Source: Candidatus Cloacimonadales bacterium
GTDB lineage: Bacteria; Cloacimonadota; Cloacimonadia; G963667145
Length of the DNA: 64,000 nucleotides
Direction: 5' to 3'
Assembly: GCA_965140615.1 (NCBI GenBank)
Contig: OZ223280.1
Span: 1,075,555-1,139,554, forward strand
In this document: piece by piece, positions 56,716 to 64,000 of the stretch
Position numbering within the stretch: the first letter of the stretch is position 1
Layout of the letters: each line of letters opens with the position of its first letter
The notes under the pieces: model-generated
Database searches by the model: none
What the model was told of the DNA's origin: nothing
The model's input: the letters and a program-made list of their open reading frames with translations, nothing else
Program-made: the position numbers and the translations under genes

Positions 56716-59121
56716 ATGAAAGTTTTGAAAATTTGCGGAAGCATTTTTGAGTCGAAAGAGCTTATGGAGAACTCTTTGTGGGTGGTTCGTAATAAAGAAG
56801 ATGTGGCGATGATAGTGGTAGATGTGCCACTGGGTAGTCGCCAGATGTTGCTCCGGCTAAAAGAGGCGGTATTGAGTGGCGATGCTAATTGGCGAAAAGA
56901 TTTGGAAGAATTTTGCAAGAAGATCTGCTCGCTGAAGAACGACTACTTGCCAAGCCAGAGCATAGATTGCGTGTTGCCGTACTTGCAGCGGATAAAAGAT
57001 GTTTATGCTGGCCTAGAGCTGACGGCTTGCGATTTTTCGGGCTCTTTGGAAAAGCTCTTGGCGTTGACCTCTTTCATCTATACCAAGCTCTACAGCCTTA
57101 TATTGGAGAGCGAAAACATTGCCACCAAGCTATTTTTGGGCGAAGACCTTTTATTGCTACAAATGGGCGATAAGCTGGTGAGCAAAGACAGCTTGGAGCT
57201 TTGCTCGGGCAAGGTGCTGCTTTACCCATCGGGGGCAGTGCTAGACGAGAGCGGTAAGCTGAGTGTAGCCACGGGCGGAGCGGACTATCTGACTTGCTAT
57301 CTGGGCAAGCTCTTGCTTGCCGAGCAGATCCAGTTCTGGGGAGTGAATGCTGGTGTGCCGGTGTGCGACCCGCAGTTGGTAGCGGGCACTAGGCACATAC
57401 AGGCGATGAGCTATCAAGAGGCGATGGAACTCTCGCACTTTGGCTCGGACTTGATAAACTACCGTGCCATCGACCTTGCTAAAAAGCAAAACGCACGCAT
57501 CAAGATTTATTCGCTTTCCGATTTGGACTTTGTCGGCACGACCATAGAGAAAGATGCTACTGGCGAGCAAGCTCTTATCACAGGCATCTCGCATATCGAT
57601 GATATAGCACTCTTTAGGGTGTACGGCACTGGTATGGTGGGCAGGATAGGCACTGCCAAGCGACTGTTCGGATCTTTGGCGAAGGCGAACATTAGTCTGG
57701 TAATGATATCGCAAGCCTCCAGCGAACAGTCTATTTGCTTTGCCATTAGGTCTGATAGGCAAAATGTGCTGACAGCCACGCAAGCTATCCGCAAGGAGTT
57801 TTACTACGAGTTCGAGCAAGGGATACTGGAAAATATCGAGTACGACACCGATTTGGCGTCAGTGTCCATCGTGGGGCACAATATGGTGCAGCGAGTGGGG
57901 TTATCGGGCAAGATGTTCGGAGCTCTGGGTAAGAACGGCGTGAATGTGCGAGCGATGGCACAAGGCTCCTCGGAGCTCAATGTGAGCGTGGTGATAGCCA
58001 AAGCGGATGTCCCTAAGGCAGTGGCGTCTTTGTACAGTGAGTTCTTCGATAGGAAGAACATCAACCTCTTTTTGGTAGGCACAGGGCTTATCGGGGCGAC
58101 ACTGCTGGAGCAGATAGACCAGCAGAAGAGTTTCCTTAAAAAGAGCTACGGGTTGACCATGAGCCTCAGGGGCGTGGCAGATGTGCACAAGATGAGCTTT
58201 GCCGACGATTTGAGCTTTGTAAATTGGCGAGAAAAACTGAAAGATGGGCAAAAGAGCGACTTGGGCGAGTTTGTGAATAACATCAAAAAGATAAACTGTG
58301 CCAACTCCATCTTCATCGATTGCACGGCTACGCCGATGATGACACCCATCTATCAAGAGCTTTTGCAAGGCTCGGTGTCTGTGGTAACTCCCAACAAGAA
58401 AGCCAATTCGGACGACATTGCCACCTACCGCAAGATACATCAGATTGCCTCAGACCACAACGCCAAATTTTATTACGAGACCAATGTCGGTGCTGGATTG
58501 CCCATCATTAGTACGCTCAAAGACCTTTTGCAATCGGGCGATGAGATACAAGAGATACAGGCGGTGCTTTCTGGGACACTTAGCTACATATTCAATAACT
58601 TCAGCTCGGACAAGCGGTTTGTGGATGTGGTGGCCAAGGCTAAGGAGCTGGGCTACACAGAGCCAAACCCCAAAGAAGACTTAACTGGGCTGGATGTGGC
58701 ACGCAAGGCTTTGATCCTATCGAGGGAGATGGGCAGGCAGATAAACTTGGCAGACATAGAGTCCGTCTGCATATTACCCGATGAGTGTCTGGCACAGGAA
58801 CAAGCCGATGCGTTTATGCAAAGTCTGGAGGAGCACAACGACTATTTCGCCCAGATGGTGAATTCTGCCCAGAGTAAAGGCAAAAAGCTCCGCTTTTTGG
58901 CAACGATATCGCAAGCCGGGGCGAAGATAGGGCTGGAAGAGGTAGACGCCTCTAGTCCGTTTTACTCGCTCTCGGGCAGCGACAATATGGTGGTGTTTGT
59001 TACCAAACGCTACACGCACACTATGCCACTGGTGGTCTCGGGACCGGGAGCAGGTGCTGCCGTTACAGCCGCTGGCGTGTTTGCAGACATCATCAAGATA
59101 GCCAACTATCTTATTTATTAG
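56716..59121 (+). CDS. ThrA-like bifunctional aspartokinase/homoserine dehydrogenase. The homoserine dehydrogenase half is canonical and the kinase half is divergent.
   Basis: Two ACT regions ([19 protein letters not shown]). The dehydrogenase half has [26 protein letters not shown] and [19 protein letters not shown]. The kinase half aligns to ThrA ([14 protein letters not shown]). Confidence 0.8.
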   Translation: [801 protein letters not shown]

Positions 59122-59152
59122 TTTACCTTTAAAAAAGAGGAATTTAGCAGTT

Positions 59153-59881
59153 ATGAGGAAAGATTTTCAAACACTTTTGGGAGTGAATATAGACCATGTC
59201 GCTACCCTGAGGAACGCCCGTGGCGGTGTGAGTCCACAACCTGTGCAAGCTGTCATGGTGGCAGAGCAAGCAGGAGCAGACCAAATCACCATCCACCTGC
59301 GTGAGGACAGACGGCATATCAAGGATGCCGACTTGAGGATGATAAGTAAGGTGGTAACCACCAAGCTGAACCTAGAGATGGCACTGACCAAGCAGATAAT
59401 CGACATAGCGGTGGATGTAGTGCCAGACACGGTAACCATCGTCCCCGAGAAGCGAGAAGAGGTTACCACAGAGGGAGGACTGCTCTTGCACGAGTCGATG
59501 AGGTGTGATGTGCAAACGCTCAAGGATGCGGGGATAGAGGTGAGCCTTTTTATAGAGCCAGACGAGCGGATGATAACCATGGCTGCCAAGCTGGGAGCAG
59601 ACGCCGTGGAGATACACACGGGTGCTTATGCCAACAGATGGGGTACGACAGCGGCAGATGCGGAGCTGGAGCGGATACGAGCTGCTTGCACGCAGATAGC
59701 CGACTTGGGTATGCGAGTGGTGGCAGGGCATGGGCTAGATTATTACAACATCTTCCCTTTGCTGGATATGCCCATTGCCGAGTTCAATATAGGGCATAGC
59801 ATCATCGCTCAGAGCGTGTTCGTGGGGTTGCATCAGGCGGTGGTACGGATGAAGAGAATAGTAGTGAAAGGAGTTTTTTAG
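59153..59881 (+). CDS. pdxJ: Pyridoxine 5'-phosphate synthase
   Basis: LGVNIDHVATLRNARGG and ITIHLREDRRHI. Confidence 0.93.
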   Translation: MRKDFQTLLGVNIDHVATLRNARGGVSPQPVQAVMVAEQAGADQITIHLREDRRHIKDADLRMISKVVTTKLNLEMALTKQIIDIAVDVVPDTVTIVPEKREEVTTEGGLLLHESMRCDVQTLKDAGIEVSLFIEPDERMITMAAKLGADAVEIHTGAYANRWGTTAADAELERIRAACTQIADLGMRVVAGHGLDYYNIFPLLDMPIAEFNIGHSIIAQSVFVGLHQAVVRMKRIVVKGVF

Positions 59882-62083
59882 ATGCGTAAGTTTTTTTTGA
59901 TTTTTAGTTCTGTTTTTTTAGTTTCTTTTTTGTTTGCTACTCAGGTACAAAAGGTATCTTTTAAAGGGTTGCAAAATGTGAGCGAGGGTGCGGCCTTGTC
60001 GCATATGGGATTGCATGAGGGAGACTATTACGACCAAAAGGTGCTGGAAGAGTGCAAGCTGAATTTGCTCAAAAGTGGGATGTTTGCCAGCGTGGCAGTG
60101 GTGGATTGGGCTGGGAGCATCGGTGTGAGTGTAGAGGAGAACCCGATTGTCAATGAGTTTGTCATCGACGATTATAGCGGTATTAGCAGGGCAGAGTTGG
60201 AGAAAATGGTCGATTTGCAACACGGCTCTTTTTGGTCTGAGAGCCTTAGAGATACCTTCGTGCTGAGGTTGCAGGGTTATTACCAAGAGGACGGCTACTA
60301 CAATTCCACGATAAATTTTACCCAAGAGTTGTTGGAGAATAACTATGTGAATGTGTCCCTCTCGTGCGATGATGGTCAACGGGTGAAGGTGGAGCGGATA
60401 AAGTTCTATGGGAATAAGAATTTCACGGATAAGCAGATAAAGGAAGTGATGAAGACCAAGACCACGGGTTGGTTTCGCTCGGGAAAGTACAACAAGAAGG
60501 AGTTGGCAGAAGACCGTATGCGGATAGTGGCTTTTTATAGCCAGAATGGGTACATTGACGCTACTGTGTCCGAGCCAGAGGTGGAGAGCCTTGCCGATAG
60601 CAATCGCTTGGAGGTCTCTTTTTACATTAAGCCGGGTGCGAAGTTTTATCTGGGCGATATTTTTGTGGTGGGCAATGTCCACTTCCCGCAGATGGAGATT
60701 TTGAGTAAGTTTAAGTTCAAGAAAGACGAAATATTTGATAAGCAAGAGTTTGAGAAAAAGCTTTTTGATGTGTACACTATGTATCACGAAGATGGTTTTG
60801 TGTATAGCAAGGTCGATTACGAGCTAGAGAAAGAGAGCGGAAAGGTTAATGTGATAATCACTATTACCGAGAACCCCAGAGCCAAGGTGCGGAAGGTGGT
60901 AATTCGGGGCAATAAGCGAACGAAAGAGAAGGTGGTGCGGCGGAAGCTGGACATTCGCCCCGGCTCTTATTACAAACGCTCGGATATCGTCTCTTCGCAG
61001 CGACGGATTTACAACTCGGGATTTTTCGAGGCAGATATGGGAATAGACACAAGGACGATAAACAGCAGTGGTGATATGGATGTGATTTTTGACCTTACAG
61101 ACCGCAACTCGAACACGCTCAACGGATCGATAGGTTACAACAGCTTGGATGGGATGGTCGGAGAGTTCAGCATCCAGATGCGAAACCTCTTGGGTAACGC
61201 TTGGCAGACCACCGCTTCTATCAAGTTTGCCGAGGAACTCTTGAACTACGAGCTGAGCTTTACTAACCCTTATCTGTACGACTCGGATGTGCTGGGGGGC
61301 TTTTCTGTCTATAACACGGAAAGAGGCTATGACGATTACGACTGGCAAAAGATGGGTGGTTCTTTAACGCTGGGTAAGTACCTTTACTGGCTGGACTACG
61401 CCAACGCCAAGTTGACTTACAGCAACTATATAACCAAGTATTCTAACCTTAGTAGCGACGCTAGCGACGACCTGCATGAGGAGGTTGAAAAAGGGTGGGA
61501 AAACACCAGTAGCTTGGGCTTAAGTTTCTCTAGAGCCAAAAAGGATAATGTCTTTTTTCCTAGTCTTGGCTCGGATTTTAGCATCTACTCCGAGCTTGCA
61601 GGCTCTTTACTCGGAGGGGACGAACACTTCTTCAAGCAGATTTATCAGGTTAGCTGGTATCTGGATTTGCCGGGGAGTTTTGCTTTTCGCACCAAATGGC
61701 GGACAGGCTTTGTGGAGCCGATACGAGCCAACGAGGGCGTGCCCACAGCCGAGAAGTTTTACATCGGAGGTATGGGTTACAACGGGTTGCGTGGCTATAG
61801 CAACAGTAGTATCCCAGATGAGGGAGACGGTGCGATGCGGATGTTGATTTTCTCTAGTGAGCTGGCTTACCCGATAGTGGGCGAGACTTTCATCGGTTTA
61901 CTTTTTTATGATGCTGGAGACGCCCGCGACAAGTACGAGCAGATAAATTTTACCAATCTGAAGAATGGTGCAGGGTTCGGCTTTAGGTTCAATAGCCCTA
62001 TCGGGATAATCGGTATCGACTACGGGTACAATCTGGACGAAAACTCTTGGGAGCCACAGTTTCAGATTGGGATGACATTTTAG
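59882..62083 (+). CDS. bamA: Outer membrane protein assembly factor BamA
   Basis: Signal peptide, POTRA-like repeats (I..I.F.GN..F), and an Omp85 barrel ending ...QFQIGMTF. Confidence 0.88.
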   Translation: MRKFFLIFSSVFLVSFLFATQVQKVSFKGLQNVSEGAALSHMGLHEGDYYDQKVLEECKLNLLKSGMFASVAVVDWAGSIGVSVEENPIVNEFVIDDYSGISRAELEKMVDLQHGSFWSESLRDTFVLRLQGYYQEDGYYNSTINFTQELLENNYVNVSLSCDDGQRVKVERIKFYGNKNFTDKQIKEVMKTKTTGWFRSGKYNKKELAEDRMRIVAFYSQNGYIDATVSEPEVESLADSNRLEVSFYIKPGAKFYLGDIFVVGNVHFPQMEILSKFKFKKDEIFDKQEFEKKLFDVYTMYHEDGFVYSKVDYELEKESGKVNVIITITENPRAKVRKVVIRGNKRTKEKVVRRKLDIRPGSYYKRSDIVSSQRRIYNSGFFEADMGIDTRTINSSGDMDVIFDLTDRNSNTLNGSIGYNSLDGMVGEFSIQMRNLLGNAWQTTASIKFAEELLNYELSFTNPYLYDSDVLGGFSVYNTERGYDDYDWQKMGGSLTLGKYLYWLDYANAKLTYSNYITKYSNLSSDASDDLHEEVEKGWENTSSLGLSFSRAKKDNVFFPSLGSDFSIYSELAGSLLGGDEHFFKQIYQVSWYLDLPGSFAFRTKWRTGFVEPIRANEGVPTAEKFYIGGMGYNGLRGYSNSSIPDEGDGAMRMLIFSSELAYPIVGETFIGLLFYDAGDARDKYEQINFTNLKNGAGFGFRFNSPIGIIGIDYGYNLDENSWEPQFQIGMTF

Positions 62084-62100
62084 GTGGTTTTGAACTTGGG

Positions 62101-62922
62101 ATGAGAGCTCTTGGTTGTCTTCTTCTTGTTGCTTTCTTGTTGGTGAGCTTATCGTGTAAGAGTAACCAGCGAGGTGGCTTGGTGGTTACCTCGCCAGAGA
62201 TAGCTGACATCTTAGTGGCTCTGGGTGCAGAAGATATGGTGGTGGGTGCTACCAGAGAGTGTCGCTTAGCAGGAGCTGAGGTAGTGGGGAGTTTTGGCAA
62301 TGTCAACTTCGACAAGCTGGTTAGGCTCGCCCCCACAGCGGTGTTAGCTACGGGGTTGGAGCAGGAGCTTCTGGTGTCCAAATTGCAAAAGATGAAGATA
62401 CCCTCTCACCGCTTTTATGCACGGAATATCCAGCAGATGCTGGAGAATGTCTTGGCAGTGGGGCAGATTTGTGGCAAGCAGCAAGAGGCTCAAGAGTTGG
62501 TTGACGCTTTCCAAGACTCTCTGCGGGCGTTGAGCCAAACCCAGCAAGCCCAGCTCAGAGTGTATGTGGAGATAGCCACTAAACCCTTGATGAGCGTCTC
62601 GGGTAGCTCGTTTGTAGGAGCTTTGCTTACGGCAGCTGGTGGCGAGAACATCTTTCAGGCGTTGCCTCGGGACTATTCCCGCATTCGCCAAGAATATTTG
62701 CTCAAAGCTGACCCGCAAGTTATTTTTTGCTTTGTGCCGGGGGTCAAGAAAAAGGACATTGCTAATCGTTTGGGATGGGCAGAGCTTTCGGCTGTCCGCA
62801 CAGGGCAAGTTTTCACCGTGCAAGATATAAATCCAGATGTGGTCCTCAGAGCCACACCAAGCTGTTTGCAAGGTATCAAGCGGATGAAAGAGCTCATCAG
62901 GAGCAAAGAAGCGATAAATTGA
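62101..62922 (+). CDS. ABC transporter periplasmic substrate-binding lipoprotein (BtuF/FhuD-like, Peripla_BP_2)
   Basis: Start at MRALGCLLLVAFLLVSLSC (lipobox). VVTSPEIADILVALGAEDMVVG is typical of this family. Confidence 0.75.
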   Translation: MRALGCLLLVAFLLVSLSCKSNQRGGLVVTSPEIADILVALGAEDMVVGATRECRLAGAEVVGSFGNVNFDKLVRLAPTAVLATGLEQELLVSKLQKMKIPSHRFYARNIQQMLENVLAVGQICGKQQEAQELVDAFQDSLRALSQTQQAQLRVYVEIATKPLMSVSGSSFVGALLTAAGGENIFQALPRDYSRIRQEYLLKADPQVIFCFVPGVKKKDIANRLGWAELSAVRTGQVFTVQDINPDVVLRATPSCLQGIKRMKELIRSKEAIN

Positions 62923-63815
62923 GAAAAAGTTTCTTACTGTTTTTTTTAATATCTGTCGCTTACCTTTTTTTTGGGTTTAGCTCGTGGCATCTTTTTTGGC
63001 AACTTCGCCTGCCCAGATACCTTTTATCGCTCTTTGCTGGAGGATCTTTATGCCTTGTGGGGCATATTTATCAGCAGATTTTTCGTAACCAACTAGTCGA
63101 GCCTTACATCTTGGGTATCTCTTCGGGAGCTGCTTTTGGCTCTTGCTTGGCTTTCTTGTCGGGTTTTTTTCTGCTGATGCCGTTATTTGGCTTTTTGGGA
63201 GCTTTGCTTACCATGTTTATCGTGTTCAAGATTGCCAACTCTTCGGGAGTTTTTAGTAGCTCCAAGTTAATTATCTCGGGCGTAGTTTTGAACTTCCTAT
63301 TTTACTCTCTCATCTCGTTGCTGTTGTACCTGCTGGCAGATTCGCGGATTTTGGGCATCTTGCTGGGCAATTTGGACTATATCTTTTTGAGGCAGGAGTT
63401 TTACTTTTTCTTGTTCTTCTTGCTTTTTATGGTGATGATTATTTTTTCCCTCTTTCGCCTGCGTCGCCAAGTGGAGATTCTCTCTTTTGGTAATCAGTTG
63501 GCACACTCTGTGGGTGTGGACATACATCTGCTAAAAAAGAAGATATTTTTCTACTCTTCCATTCTCATTGGATTTTTTACCGCTTTTATCGGCATTGTTC
63601 CTTTTGTGGGGCTCATCGTTCCTAGCGTTTTACGCAGGTTGCAGGTCAAAGAGTTCAGCAGTTTTTTTTGGCTGGGAGCTTCTTTCTTGCTTCTTTGCGA
63701 TTTCATTTGTCAGTTCCTATTGCCGTGGCTTTTGCCAGTGGGCGTGGTAACCTCTATCTTGGGCAGTTTTCTTTTTTTGCTACTTTTGTGCAAAGGCAAA
63801 AACTTCTCTCTTTAA
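62919..63815 (+). CDS. FecCD/BtuC-family ABC permease. The start is tentative, a TTG at 62919 overlapping the upstream TGA.
   Basis: Polytopic protein with YILGISSGAAFG and FVGLIVPSVLRRL motifs. Confidence 0.75.
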   Translation: MRKSFLLFFLISVAYLFFGFSSWHLFWQLRLPRYLLSLFAGGSLCLVGHIYQQIFRNQLVEPYILGISSGAAFGSCLAFLSGFFLLMPLFGFLGALLTMFIVFKIANSSGVFSSSKLIISGVVLNFLFYSLISLLLYLLADSRILGILLGNLDYIFLRQEFYFFLFFLLFMVMIIFSLFRLRRQVEILSFGNQLAHSVGVDIHLLKKKIFFYSSILIGFFTAFIGIVPFVGLIVPSVLRRLQVKEFSSFFWLGASFLLLCDFICQFLLPWLLPVGVVTSILGSFLFLLLLCKGKNFSL

Positions 63816-63957
63816 GTAACCTATTTTACAAAACTCGTGAGAGTTTGGCAGATAAAGGGATAGAGTGCCATTATATTTTGTTTTTTTCCTTGTCAAAGCG
63901 TTTCCCGCTACAGAAAGTGGGACAGAAGTAAAAAATAACTAATAAGGAGAAAAATTA

Positions 63958-64000
63958 TGGATGTAAAAAACAGAGGGTCTTTTGGCACGAAAATCGGCAT
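63958..64000 (+). CDS. 5' end of a gene truncated by the window, possibly a sodium-dependent (SNF-family) transporter
   Basis: AAGGAG lies 7 nt before the ATG. Only 14 codons are visible (MDVKNRGSFGTKIG), which resembles SNF-family N-termini. Confidence 0.3.

Overview
The window is a chromosomal segment of roughly mid-40s % G+C (estimated by eye) from a diderm, probably anaerobic bacterium. The diderm call rests on BamA, heptose kinase, YejM-like and OMP genes. The anaerobe call rests on a membrane pyrophosphatase, butyrate kinase and citramalate synthase. All gene calls come from reading the supplied translations for family motifs; no database search was possible. About 85% is ordinary, tightly packed core genome:
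- der-plsY.
- A complete pantothenate/CoA supra-operon (DUF2520 reductase-like gene, panB, panC, coaC, coaB, coaX, panD).
- hppA, lon, secG plus two tRNA-Leu genes, and prfA/rpmE.
- A nine-gene branched-chain amino-acid operon on the minus strand (ilvN-ilvC-leuA-cimA-leuCDB-ilvD-ilvB).
- deoB/pgsA/cdd, tgt, a thrA-like gene, pdxJ, bamA and a btuF/fecCD-like pair.

Two regions are accessory.
1. A roughly 1.1-kb, very AT-rich two-gene insertion lies between rpmE and buk (23.3-24.4 kb). It encodes a protein with a DUF3883-type PD-(D/E)xK nuclease-like C-terminus and an overlapping 82-aa partner.
2. A roughly 7-kb island (44.35-51.7 kb) has almost no conventional genes. It contains a mosaic of three noncoding repeat families with conserved pyrimidine/purine hairpins, a lipoprotein with FN3-like repeats and BspA/DUF285-type repeats, and two near-identical tandem copies of a DDE (IS481-like) insertion sequence. 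The island is bracketed by ~111-nt direct repeats.

Other points worth a second look:
- The tRNA-Leu downstream of secG hand-folds with an AAG (A34) anticodon.
- A 28-codon Leu/Ile/Val-rich candidate leader peptide sits upstream of ilvN.
- The ThrA-like protein has substituted aspartokinase signature motifs.
- An orphan intrinsic terminator sits just upstream of an OMP gene.

No rRNA genes, CRISPR arrays, reverse transcriptases or recognisable prophage genes were seen.
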